Of a stretch of DNA of 64,000 bases, positions 50,745 to 63,550 are shown piece after piece. Made by a program: the position numbers and the translations under genes. The notes below the pieces were generated by a model. The model made no database searches, was not told where the DNA came from, and was given only the letters and a program-made list of their open reading frames with translations. This DNA comes from Octopus sinensis (lineage: Eukaryota). The stretch is taken from positions 48,050,001 through 48,114,000 of the forward strand of contig NC_043012.1 of the NCBI RefSeq assembly GCF_006345805.1, in the 5' to 3' direction. Every line of letters begins with the position of its first letter. The first letter of the stretch is position 1.

Positions 50745-50900
50745 TTCTTTACTTACTCCATTGGAGTAAGTGGGGCAAGAATACACACGGAAACGAAAAG
50801 TGTCGCTGAAGAGGTCACAGATGTGTGACGAAAGATTTCCGGACAATGGACATGAGTTAAAACAATAAAATACGAACAGTAATAAATGAGCGAAGAAAAA
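50745..50900 (+). mobile_element. Probable Penelope-like terminal (pLTR) fragment containing a hammerhead-like motif
   Basis: 9-bp hairpin acttactcc-att-ggagtaagt, hammerhead-like core at 50801-50845, AATAAA downstream; assignment to PLE is by analogy. Confidence 0.5.
50801..50845 (+). ncRNA. Minimal type I hammerhead ribozyme-like motif
   Basis: tgtcg-CTGAAGA-g-GTCAC-agatgt-GTGAC-GAAA-gatt-TC-cggaca: conserved core, 5-bp stem II, UUC site, stem I tgtcg/cggaca with one bulge. Confidence 0.6.
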
Positions 50901-51006
50901 ATATATAGTGCGTGCGTTTATTTGGCCGAAAAAAAATGGTCATCCCGAAATAGAACAATATCGGTTTCGGCACACGTTTTCACATCAGCTCTCATCAATA
51001 ATTATG

Positions 51007-51878
51007 CGTGGTTTCATCAATAAGTATCCGGACTTTTACCATACTGTTGAACCTAAAGCACGCAGAATAAAGCCGCTTGGCACAGTTTGACCTTCAACAC
51101 TGCTGTGCATGCAATCTATGTTTTAATGTTCTAGCTCACTTCCACTGTTTACAGAAGTGCTTGGAAGGAAGGTGTGTAGCGTGTGGGCGTTGCATTGAAC
51201 ATGACAGAAAAAGTTGAGTAGAGAATTTGCATCAAATTTTGTCTAAAGCTTGGCGAAACCTGCTGAGAGGCCTACGCAAGGTTTTCGAAATCGTTTCCTC
51301 GTTCTCGACACAATGAAGGATGTCATGTGCAACTAAGACCCGAGTGTCTTTCTGGTTCGCTGAAAGCAGTTTTGACACAAACTTGGCTGACACCTGTCTC
51401 GTACCTAAATCTCGAGTGATAATGGATTGAACTGAACTGTAACTAATCTGCACATCCTCTGATATCTCACGGATGTTCATTCGACGATCTCCGCTCACAG
51501 TTGCGTGCACATCTGCGATGTTTTTCTCAGTTCTGCTGGTTACAGGTCTCCCAGAACATTCGTCGATATCGTCATTCTTTCGACCAACTTGAAATAGTCT
51601 GAACCACCCGTGCACTAGTGCGCGGCTCATACACATCCTTCCGTATGCTTTCTGCAACTTTGCGTAGGCCTTTGAGCAGGTATAGCCATGACAACTTTCC
51701 CTGTGACGGTCAATGCGACGTTCACTCACTACACACGTTCCTTCCATGTACTGCTGTAAACAACGGAAGTGAGCTCGAAAGTTAAAATTTCAAGTCAATC
51801 TTTGCCAAGCGGCCTTACTCTGCGTGCTTTAGCTTCGTTACTAAGGCAATAGTCCAGATACTTATTGACCAGGTCTGG
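51007..51878 (-). mobile_element. Non-autonomous mariner derivative with two inverted 5' ends (copy 2)
   Basis: ORF 51232-51747(-) encodes the mariner N-terminal HTH region (LVHGWFRLFQVGRK..D.ECSGRPVTS...DRRMNIREISEDVQISYSSVQSIITRDLG...VSAKFVSKLL); the left 275 bp is an inverted 5' end; same junction as copy 1. Confidence 0.9.
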
Positions 51879-51900
51879 TATATATATATATATATATATA

Positions 51901-52319
51901 CTCTCTTTTACTCTCTTTTACTCTCTTTTACTTGTTTCAGTCATTTGACTGCGGCCATGCTGGAGCACCGCCTTTAATCGAGCAACTCGACCCCGGGACT
52001 TATTCTTTGTAAGCCCAGTACTTATTCTATCGGTCTCTTTTTTGCCGAACCGCTAAGTGACGGGGACGTAAACACACCAGCATCGGTTGTCAAGCAATGC
52101 TAGGGGAACAAACACAGACACACAAACAAACACATATATATATATATATACATATATACGACAGGCTTCTTTCAGTTTCCGTCTACCAAATCCACTCACA
52201 AGGCATTGGTCGGCCCGGGGCTATAGCAGAAGACACTTGCCCAAGATGCCACGCAGTGGGACTGAACCCGGAACCATGTGGTTGGTTAGCAAGCTACTTA
52301 CCACACAGCCACTCCTGCG

Positions 52320-52321
<2 letters not shown>
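51901..52321 (-). mobile_element. SINE family A, full length, young-looking
   Basis: Complete reverse-complement copy with a 10-bp-unit tail (ctctctttta)x3; (TA)n on both sides. Confidence 0.92.
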
Positions 52322-52378
<57 letters not shown>

Positions 52379-52934
52379 ATATATATATGTCTGTGCGTGT
52401 GTGTGTGTGTATGTGTGCGGGTGCGTGTGTGTGTTTATATATATATATTTATATACATGCAGGCACATTCTCATACGTGCGCATGCGTGTGTACGTGCGT
52501 GAAAAGGCAATGACAGTTTTATGACTTTTTGCTGCCCTAAGGATCGCCCTCTTTTATTTCCTGGTTTTAATGACCTAAGGATATCCCTTGGCTGCAACGT
52601 GTCTGTGCTTCTTGTATTAATGATTACGCTATAATGTAATTAATCCATGAATAAATCGATAAAATTCCACCGAAAAAGCCGTCGTAAATTTTAAACCCTT
52701 TGGTGCTCTTTTCTTGAGTTACGCCTCTCTTATAACCGTCCCTGAATCGGGACTACAGATTAAATTGCATTCGGTACTTCCTTATTTACAGTTTTCTACC
52801 AATAAATGATACATTCAGAGTTCTCTTACGTCACTGTGAACACCCGTCGTATTCTACCTAGCCATTTCTGGTGTCCTGTCTGTTGATGTGCGTAGATTCT
52901 AACGAATCTTATATTTAATCTATATGCATATATA

Positions 52935-53098
52935 GGCGTAGGAGTGGCTGTATGGTAAGTAGCTTACTACGAACCACATGGATTCGGGTTTAGTCCCACT
53001 GCGTGGCACCTTGGGCAAGTGTCTTCTACTATAGCCTCGGGCCGACCAAAATCTTGTGAGTGGATTTGGTAGACGGAAACTAAAAGAAACCCGTCGTA

Positions 53099-53170
<72 letters not shown>

Positions 53171-53389
53171 CGTGTGTATATGTTTGTGTGTCTATGTTTG
53201 CCCCCCCCCCTCCCAACATCGCTTGACAACCGATGCTGGTGTGTTTACGTCCCCGTAACCTAGTGGTTCGGCAAAAGACACTGATAGAATAAGTACTAGG
53301 CTTACAAAGAATACGTCCTGGAGTCGATTTGTTCGACTAAAGATGGTGCTCCAGCATGAAACAAGTAAAAGAGTAAAGAGTGAAGAGAG
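52935..53389 (+). mobile_element. SINE family A, full length
   Basis: ggcgtaggagtggctgtatggtaag head, internal (TA)n, aagtaaaagag tail. Confidence 0.9.
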
Positions 53390-53871
53390 TACATATGTGT
53401 ATGGGTGTGTGTGTACGTTTGAGTGCGCTCATGTGTGTGTAAATATGTGTGTGTTTGTGTGTGTGTGTGCGCGCGTGTATAAATAAATACATGCATATAT
53501 TTGTAAATACGTTCATATAAAGAAATCCACACACGCTTTTCATACTATAAAAATATTTATCAAAGAAAGTATCGTTCAAAATCCTATTAAGGAAAACAAG
53601 CAGAAAAAAATCAGTATGTGAATTTTCTGCATCTTCCCGGTAATTCCTTAATTTCAAAATTAAATATCTAATCTCGTCTTACGGCAGATGATGGTTATCT
53701 CCCTTATATTAACGCCTATCATTACACATACACACTGACACACACACATGAGCATATATGCATATATGTATACTTGTTTGTGTTCGCGCGTATGTGTGCG
53801 TGTGTGTACATGTGTTTGTGCATGTATATATGCATAAACATATATATATATATATATACACATACACACAT

Positions 53872-53904
<33 letters not shown>

Positions 53905-53979
53905 TATATATATACATATATATATATATGTGTGTGTGTATGTGTGTGTGTACGTGTGCCTGTGTGTGTATGTATGTGC

Positions 53980-54024
<45 letters not shown>

Positions 54025-54115
54025 AATACATACGTTCATACACATATACATATACAGAGACCGAGAGACAGACAGACAGACATGCAGACACGCAGACAGA
54101 CAGACAGACAGACAA

Positions 54116-54183
<68 letters not shown>

Positions 54184-54603
54184 GATCGTCTGTGCGGAGG
54201 TGAGGTACACATAAATCAACACTAATATACGAATGTCTACGTTCCCGTATGCTTTCATATGCATACGTATTGATCATACATTATCTGAGAGAAATTGCAC
54301 GTGTATTATTATATTTTTTTCTTTTTCTACGACTTGCATTATGCACTCAAACATCCATGCGTTCAGTATCGATGAAAGTAAGTCAGCTTCGCATGGGCAA
54401 ACAGATGTTTTTGTGTTTTGTATTTGTACAACTATTCGCTGATATTGTGAAGCGCCTTAGTTCTACAAACTTGTTATTCTCACTTTAACCTGAAGTAAGC
54501 AGCAAGATGGCCGGTCTATTTTACTAGCTTCAGCTATATACAAACAAGAACCTAACTTGTCTATACACGGGACTCGAACGCAGAGGGGAAAATAAGTACA
54601 CGC

Positions 54604-54685
<82 letters not shown>

Positions 54686-54696
54686 TAATGTATGAT

Positions 54697-54747
<51 letters not shown>

Positions 54748-54877
54748 TGCGCTTTCAGTGGTATACTTGCCATAACACTTACATATGAATTGAAATGTGG
54801 CGTATGGCTACATTCAGAAAAGGGAAAAATGGGTGAAACAAATACGCACACAAACAGACACATATATACAGACACAG

Positions 54878-54908
<31 letters not shown>

Positions 54909-56126
54909 CATATATATGCATATAGAAATAAATACATATGCATATATAAATTTCCATATATGTGCGCAAACATACATGTATTACACTTTTCACGATACAC
55001 ATTACCATATAAACGTGTGTGTATGTTTGCGCGATTGCGTGTATATATGTGTGTGTGTGTGTTCGCGCTCGCGCGCGTATCTGTGTACGCGCGTGCTCCT
55101 GTGTGTGTGTGCGTGATCGGCGATGACACGCATGTGTTTTGAGATGGAGTAGCAGCACAACCACTCGCCGACCGACACAATGTAGGGTAAAATGGCAATA
55201 CACGCTAACACGTATGCGTTTGCACTCGCACACATGCATTCAAACGTGCACATACACTGCATACACACAAAAGTATATGTCAGCACAATTGCCGACGCTC
55301 ACGCACATACACACACATATACAGTAATAAGTGTACGCACATATACGCGCAGTCGAACACTAGCTGTGCACGCGAAGACACACAAAGGAATAAAGAAGTA
55401 TACAGCAAAGCTCATCCAAAGGACACGTAATTGTCACATGCAGATAATAGAGCCGAAAGGGCGTGGCTGTTTCCTGAGTTATTTTGTTGTGTAGTTGCAA
55501 CAGTCTTATTGTCAAGGGACACATTGGTGAGAATTTCCAGATACAGAATTTCGTTGAGTTCAATAAATAAAAAATAAATAAATATAGTGTTTGTCTTTTT
55601 CCTTTGTTTGCCGACTTCTTTGTTGCTTTAGAGGTTTGCAGTTGATGTCTTGTTATTGTTGTTGTTAGTTTCTGTTGTTCCATTTTTTTTTCTGTTGAGA
55701 TTAGAACAGTTTGACATTGGAGAAATTAAAAATAATAATAAAAGTTGACAGCAGATATAGCATAGACAGAAAATACGTCTTCCAAGAACCAACACTTTGA
55801 CAGCGTTTAGGTCCCAATGGAAGCCATTCCATTTTACTTAAAGCCCAGTATTTTTCTTTCTTTCTTTCTTTTTTTTTACTTTTTGGTTTCGTTACTTCAA
55901 GCATGCGAGACTAAACCTACGTGGTCGTTCAATCTCCTAGAAAAAAGCAGTTAGTTCTATTTGATCACGATAAATTTACGATAATGTAATGCTATTTCCA
56001 GAGTGGAAAAAAAAAACTAGTTAGTTATGCCTGGCTGCCTATCATCAGAGATTTGTTGAATAAGCAGATGTAAAAGCAACAACAGCAACTTTCCGTGACT
56101 ATGCTTTTTGTAAGGTAAGGACTTAC

Positions 56127-56164
56127 CTAAGATTCCTTTGAAAATACGAAGAATAAGAACCATT
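56127..56164 (-). CDS. Weak candidate 38-bp exon
   Basis: Acceptor gtatttttatAG, donor TAG|GTAAGT, two frames open (NGSYSSYFQRNL or MVLILRIFKGIL). Confidence 0.2.
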
Positions 56165-56444
56165 CTATAAAAATACATAGACGCATATTAATGTGTGTGT
56201 GTGTGTTTGTGTGTTGCGGTGTGTGTGTGAGTGCGTAATGTTATTGTGATAGTGACTTCACTAAATTTTGCCATGTATAAGACTTATTCCAACAGTGAAG
56301 CGTGTGTAATAATGCATGCTCACATAGACTCAGCTACGGTTTTACATATTCTTTCATAATATTTAAATTCATTGCAGGCCTTAATGTTGTACTATTTGAA
56401 AAGGCCGTACAACCGGTGAATCTTCGATGTCATTGACAATAAAG

Positions 56445-56820
56445 ATTTTTGTTCGTGGGAGGGGGACGACTCGATTATATTGATCCCAGTGCTTAGCTGG
56501 TAATTATTATATCGACCCCGAAACGATGAAAGATAAAGTAAACCTCGGCGGAATTTGAACTCTGAACGTACTGATGGACGAAATACCTATTTCTTTACTA
56601 CCCACAAGGGGCTAAACACAGAGAGGACGTACAAAGACAGATAAACGGGTTAAGTCGATTATATCGACCCCAGTGCGTAACTGGTACTTATTTAATCGAC
56701 CCCGAAAGGATGAAAGGCAAAGTCGACCTCGGCGGAATTTGAACTCAGAACGTAACGGCAGACGAAATTCCGCTAAGCATTTTTCCCGGTCTGCAAACGA
56801 TTCTACCAGCTTGCCGCTTT
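56445..56820 (-). mobile_element. SINE family B, dimeric form
   Basis: Same monomer-linker-headless monomer layout as 37018-37412. Confidence 0.85.
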
Positions 56821-56886
56821 ATTGCCAATAAAGATATTACTTGAAAACATTTGACTCTACACTTGTAGCGAATTATGATGTGTGCA

Positions 56887-56929
<43 letters not shown>

Positions 56930-57837
56930 TGTGTGTGTAAGAGAGTGAGAGAAGGAGATATACGCGAGTTTTATATTTTTTTGTCCGTATATTTATCATT
57001 AGAAAACTTTATCAGAAACAGATTTCTCCGCGGGATTGTAAATTTTGATTATACCCCCAAGCAATCGACTGTATTGAAGAACCTATTTCTAAAGAATGAA
57101 TATAATCGTAGTTTATATTCGTATTTCTACTTTCGCATATTCTTTTTAATATATCCGGAGATTTTATAATATCATTGTTATTATATATTGAAACATATTA
57201 AGGAGTATAATGTATCATTGCATTCCATTCCATCTGGCTGAGCCCATGAAGTATGTACAGTCTTAGAATCAAGTTAATCGATGTTTCTCATTGACTTCTT
57301 AGCTGTTGTACTCTAGTAAAGAGTATCGATGTACATACATTCTACGCTGCATGTAACCCCATATTAACTTATTGCTCAATCTCGATCTAAGCTCATTCTT
57401 GTTTCTCGAGATAAATGTGCTCAGAATATTTACCATAGAAACGGATATCTTCCATTCTCAGGACCATGTCGATGGATGTTCCGTTGAAAATTTTTTTTTC
57501 CATAACTAGTTTATTTAGGATGACAATCTCCCTCACCTAGACTGCGCATGTGCAATCTCAGTTGTCTTATCCAGAATGCATTTTGGTTAGTTTTGTATAT
57601 TTTGTTTATATATTCTTTGTGCTGTAGCGTTCATGATCCTCTCCCGTCCGCACAGAGTTTTTCGATAAATGCACTTGACTTGGACTGGACTAACAAGTGC
57701 TTGTATTTATAACATAAATAGATCTCTCTGTCTATCTGCAAACCTCGCCCCACTCCCGCTCATTCTCTCTCTGTCTATCTACCAATCTCACCCCGCCATT
57801 CATTGTCTGTCTGTCTCTCTCTGCCTGTCTGTCTGTC

Positions 57838-57870
<33 letters not shown>

Positions 57871-58569
57871 GTCTCTGTCTCTCTCTCTCTCTCTCCTCTC
57901 TCTCTCTTTTTGAAACTTCTCAATAATGAACTGCAATCTAAGTCATTCTTGAGATTATCATTATTGTTCATTTCATTACAGAAACAGTAAAATAACTTGC
58001 TTTTTTCCAGTTCCTACTCTCTAATAAATATGGCCCAAGTTATGCTATTGGAAATTAACAGTCGATAAGTAATGACATTATCAATATTCACCACCTCATC
58101 TCTAAATGCGTAATGCCATTCTTGATTTCATTCTTCATTATGTTTAACACTCTCTTCCTTAAAATCTGATCATGAAATGAGAATGATAATTTATAGTCAA
58201 TCTGACGACCTTTTTTTGTATTGTATGATGTATTTTCATTATTACAGTATTTTGCTGAAAATGATACGGCAGTTTTGGTATGGATGCTCATATTGAGTGA
58301 AATAAGGAAAGGGTCGAAAGAAGGAACTTAAACAATCATCTCAGGAGAAGAATTTCACTCCTTCGATGGATAATAGTGACTACGCAGAATTTCATCAATG
58401 TACGACAGGTGTATAAAGGTAATAAAACAATTAAATCATATTAATTACAGAATGAAGCTCCTTCAATTTTCTGTCATTCCCTATTTATATAATTTCCATG
58501 GATACTATGGAATTATTGATGCGTATCTAAAGGCTGGAGCATATCAACTGTATGTATGTATGTATATGT

Positions 58570-58763
58570 GACCACGTGTGTATCGTTGGCGATTTTCTTT
58601 CTCCGTCTTCCCTTCCTTGGACCTTTCCTTTTCCTATGTCTCTGACGAAGAGCTGCGCTCGAAAAGTTAAATCCCCCTTCTTTCTTTCCTTTCCTGAACG
58701 TCCAATAACACTATACTTGTTCCACGTCCTCGCGTTTTTGTGTTTTCATGTTTGGATTAACTG

Positions 58764-58770
<7 letters not shown>
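58570..58770 (+). mobile_element. Probable Penelope-like terminal fragment with a decayed hammerhead-like motif
   Basis: Pyrimidine-rich tract, then gtct-CTGACGA-a-GAGC-tgc-GCTC-GAAA-agtt-aaat (58638-58672), then about 100 nt ending at (TA)n. Confidence 0.55.
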
Positions 58771-58854
<84 letters not shown>

Positions 58855-59166
58855 TCGAAGATGTTGTTCTTCTAATCTTCGTCGCCCTAAAAGCTAAGCA
58901 AATATGAAGTACATATAACTTCTACAGAAAATACATAGTAATCATTTAATTAAATGCAAAATTGTTATTCATTTCATTTAAATTATTTTAATTAGAATTA
59001 AATGTATTACATTTATGTAATTATAAATTTAATGATATTATTATAATGGGACAGCTATTAAAAACACTTAAATCATGAATTATATGCAACATTTATGCTT
59101 GTCTTTTATTCTAAATATATCTTTCATATATGCATATACAGATAAAAAAAGTCATACAGGCATGTC

Positions 59167-59201
<35 letters not shown>

Positions 59202-60143
59202 TATCTATAAAAGGGAGGATGTGTGTGCGTGTGTGTGTATTTGTGTGTATGTGTGTGTACGTGATTGTAATTTATGCACATTCACAAATTAGCACGCATG
59301 TCACTCAAATTTTAGAACATTTGTCAACTCCCTATATGGGTTTTGTTAACTTATTTTTTTCCCGAGGCACCCGCGGATAGGATAAAAATCTATTTTCAAC
59401 CATTTTCAACCAAAGCTTTTAACGATAACAAATATCAGCCATTGCTTTTTGATGGCGTCTAACAAAAAAAAGATAAAGAAAAGTGGTAGAAGGAGGCAGA
59501 GAGTTTCACGGGAAAGACAAAGTGAGAGAGAGAGAGAGAGAGAGAGTAAGTGACTACGTTCATAAAAAATAAAATGTAAACTGTTTTGTTTTTTGTTTTT
59601 GAAAGGAACACTATATTTTATAATCATAGTATATATACTTTCTCACACAACAATTACAATATATTTTATTTTAAATCATTTATTCATTTTAAATCGTTCA
59701 TCTTTTCCGCCCTCTCTCACTCACACACATTACTTGGGTGCGAAAGAGTTTGGTTTTTATTTTACGCTGAGTAAAAAAGTGCTTTGTTGACAATCCATTT
59801 ATTTAACAACAAAGAAACAAAGAGGTGAGTGACAATTTGTCAGTGAATTACACAATATAAATGGGTACAATTTGCGAGGCTTCCACCACACTCCACTCCG
59901 TTTCACAGACCACAAAAAGGGATTTGAGACCGAAGTAGTTGATTCCATGCCAAAAACCGATTTTTTTCTTAGTGAAAATTGTGCGAGTGCTAATCTACAA
60001 ATTTAACAACATTTTTTCCATTCATTTCTGTTTATGAACATGTATGCGTGCACAAAACATGCAATAGGTGTACGTACGTGTGTATATGTGTGTTCGTGAC
60101 TGTTGCCCATATATATTTATATTATATTATTATAAATATATAT

Positions 60144-60186
<43 letters not shown>

Positions 60187-60190
<4 letters not shown>

Positions 60191-60517
60191 ATGGCTCAGT
60201 AGTTAGAGCGTCGAGCTTACGATCGTGAGGTTGTGAGCTCGAATCCCGGACCGGGCTGCGTGTTGTGTTCTTGAGCAAGACACTTTATTTCACGTTACTC
60301 CAGTTCACTCAGCTGTAGAAATGAGTTGCGACGTCACTGGTGCCAAGCTGTATCGACCTTTGTCTTTCCCTTGGATAACACTGGTGGCGTGGAGAGGGGA
60401 GGCTGGTATGCATGGGCGACTGCTGGTCGTCCATAAACAACCTTGCCCGGACTTGTGTCTAGGAGGGTAACTTTCTTGGGGCAATCCCATGGTCATTCAT
60501 GACCGAAGGGGGTCTTT
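60187..60517 (+). mobile_element. tRNA-derived SINE family C
   Basis: gcgcatggctcagtagttagagc (A box), gagctcgaatccc (B box), cttgagcaagacactt core; preceded by (TA)n. Confidence 0.85.
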
Positions 60518-60605
60518 TATAGGTACTGTAAATTTAGGGTGAATACTTGATAAGTGTAAGCACCTGTATATGCCAGATAGTGGCAGAAGTGAAAGAGAAT
60601 ATATA

Positions 60606-61045
60606 AAATAAAATTAAAAACAGAACACCAAGGCTATAGCGGTACACGTGTTTCAAGCTTTATAAATAATCCGTTCTTACATCAGTGTAAAATTGATATA
60701 AAAGATGGTTTAAAGCTCTCTTCAGAGTAACTCTATGTTGAATGGTGATACAGTATGGGTAGATTTTCGAAATCCAATGAATCTTTATACATTTATACAG
60801 TTAGGAGGTGTTACCAATACACTTTCTCAGGGAGATATGATATACCTATTATAATGGGTAATACTACATGTACTTTTCATATTTTTTATAGTGTGATGTA
60901 ACTCTTTGGAATAACAATGTTTGCGGTTCAAGAGAGCTTTAAGCTATCTTTTATATCAATTATACACTGATGTAAGAACGGATTATTTATAAAGCTTGAA
61001 ACACATGTAACGCGACATCCTTTGTGTTCTGTTTTTAATTTTATT

Positions 61046-61046
<1 letters not shown>
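60606..61046. mobile_element. MITE with TIRs of about 117 bp and a spacer of about 205 bp
   Basis: aaataaaattaaaaacagaacac...tcaagctttataaataatccgttcttacatcagtgta...aaagctctct mirrored at 60930-61046. Confidence 0.85.
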
Positions 61047-61093
<47 letters not shown>

Positions 61094-62390
61094 GGAATTT
61101 ACAAAAAAGCAAATATATATATATATATATATATTTATACACGCACACACACACTCACACACAAACTCACACACACACAACACGCGCACACGAACAAACA
61201 ATCACGCACGCACACATATGCATACACGTGCACAGGCTCACATAAGCACGTGCGCGCGCATTCACGCACACACTACATGAAATTGTGGACAAATACGCAA
61301 AAGTCAGAAAAACACAGCCACTCAAAGAGTGGCCATTTTATTTATAAAATATTATAAATTTAATCTCATACCAACCGGCTCATGTTATTGGACTGTTTCA
61401 TCGTTCGGAATGTCCCGAGTAAGGAAAAGTATATTAACAGTTGTTGTAGATGTCTTTTACTGGGTGTTTGAAAACACGATATCTGTGTGTGTGTGTGTGT
61501 GTATGTGTGTGTATGTGTGTGTGTGTGTGTATGTGTGTGTGTGTGTGTATGTACGCATGTATGAATGTATGTCATTATTCAATTTATTTCATGATTTCTT
61601 ACCAACAGAGAAAGAAACGGTTTCTAACCCAGATCCAAGGCTCCGTCACTGAAATTTCAACATCAACAACAGAGTATTTTTGTATGTATGTATGTATGTA
61701 TGTATGTATGTATGTACAGATTTGTATGTTTTATGTATGTATTATCATGGATATAGTCGCATATCTAGACATACTCATATATATTTAAAGGATAAATTTC
61801 TGGAAAGTTATACAGATTTTTACAGTTCAAGTGATGGATTCAATCTATAGTCTTCGAATTACCGTTCACTTTTCTGGTTTTGAGAAGCCTAATTTCTCAA
61901 GATTGGTATTTAGGAGTGTGTTACATATCCCTATGTATGTATGTATGTACGTATGTATGTATGTATGTATGTATGTATGTATGTATGTATGTATGTATGT
62001 ATGTATGTATGTATGCATGTACGTATGTATGTATGTATGTACGTATGTATGTATGTATGTGTGTGTATGGGGTATGTGGTGTGTGTATGTTTGTATGGTG
62101 TGTGGTGTGTGTGTGAGTGTGTGAGTGTGTGTGTGTATGTCTTCTGTTTTTAATCATTTAATTTTTCCTCTGAAGAAAGTAGTGGCTCCTAACAAAGAGA
62201 CAAAGCTCCATCATTGGAATGTAGATAATAAAAACAATGTCATAAGTCTTAGAAAGTTTTGTTGTTCAGCTTTCAGATTGTATCTATAACGTTCAAGTCA
62301 GTTGGTTGGTTTATTCTTTTCTCTTGTTTTGAAAACCAAATCTTATCTAGACATGCATTTATGTATGTATGTATGTATGTATGTATATAT

Positions 62391-62598
62391 TAGGTAGGTA
62401 GGTAGGTAGGTAGGTAGGTAGGTAGGTAGGTAGGTAGGTAGGTAGGTAGGTTGGTAGGTAGGTAGGTAGGTAGGTAGGTAGGTAGGTAGGTAGGTAGGTA
62501 GGTAGGTAGGTAGGTAGGAGGTAGGTAGGTAGGTAGGTAGGTAGGTAGGTAGGTAGGTAGGTAGGTAGGTAGGTAGGTAGGTAGGTAGGTAGGTAGGT
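62391..62598. repeat. (TAGG)n tetranucleotide array
   Basis: About 50 near-perfect units. Confidence 0.95.
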
Positions 62599-62617
62599 GA
62601 GTATGACTGAATGAATG

Positions 62618-62843
62618 TAAGGCGGCGAGCTGGTAAAAACGTTAGCACGTCCGGCTTAGCGGTATTTCGTCTGTAGCTACGTTCTGAATTCACATTCCGC
62701 CGAGGTCGACTTTGCCTTTCATTCTTTCGGGGTCGATAAATTAAGTACCAGTTACGCACTGGGGTGGATGTAATCGACTTAATCCCTCTGTCTGTCCTGG
62801 TGTGTCCTTTCTATGTTTAGCCTCTTGTGGACAATAAAGAAAT
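62618..62843 (+). mobile_element. SINE family B, monomer
   Basis: aaggcggcgagctggtaaaaacgttagcacg...ttccgccgaggtcgactttgcctttc...gacaataaagaaat. Confidence 0.85.
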
Positions 62844-62928
62844 ATGAATGAATGACTGTACGGATCGATGGATCGATGGATTCATAAATGAATGGATGGT
62901 TGGATGTATTTATGCAAGCATCTATGTA

Positions 62929-63296
62929 GTGAAAGCAACCATACTCTGGGATATGCCAATACACACAGATAGAGAAATTAAGGCCAACATACCAGATATA
63001 AGTGTCAGAGACCATGAAGAAAAAAATTGCTTTCTAATTGATGTATCAATTCCAGCAGATGACAACGTGTCTCTAAAAGAAATGGAAAAACTTTCAAAAT
63101 ACAAAAACCTGGAAATAGAGGTAACTAGAATGTGGAATCTAAAAACAGAAGCAATTCCTATATCATAGTAGGCATGATAAAAAAATATTCAGAAAAATAC
63201 ATAAGACAAACACCAGGACTTACAAACACATATAACATACAGAAAATTGCACTACTAGGCACTGCACACATCCTACGCAGAACACTTTCAATACAG
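62929..63296 (+). mobile_element. R4/Dong-like element, restriction-like endonuclease C-terminal fragment
   Basis: ATILWDMPIHTDREIKANIPDI...CFLIDVSIPADDNVSLKEMEKLSKYKNLEIEV, frameshift, then IQKIALLGTAHILRRTLS (PD-(D/E)xK-type motif). Confidence 0.85.
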
Positions 63297-63305
63297 TGTT
63301 CTGTA

Positions 63306-63328
63306 TTATTATTAATAAGTATTATTAA

Positions 63329-63401
<73 letters not shown>

Positions 63402-63550
63402 GTTGTTGTTGTTGTTGTTGTTATTATTATTATTATTATTCATGTTGTTTTTGTTGTTGCTTTTATTATTGTTATTATTATTATTATTATTACTAATAAT
63501 AGTAGCATTAGTAGTAGTAGTAGCAGTAGTGGCAGTAGCAGCAGCAGTAG
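63306..63550. repeat. Compound (ATT)n/(GTT)n/(AGT/AGC)n microsatellite
   Basis: Successive trinucleotide runs. Confidence 0.9.

Noticed and set aside
60187-60262. tRNA gene
   Set aside because: A and B boxes are present but there is no complete cloverleaf; it continues into a SINE body.
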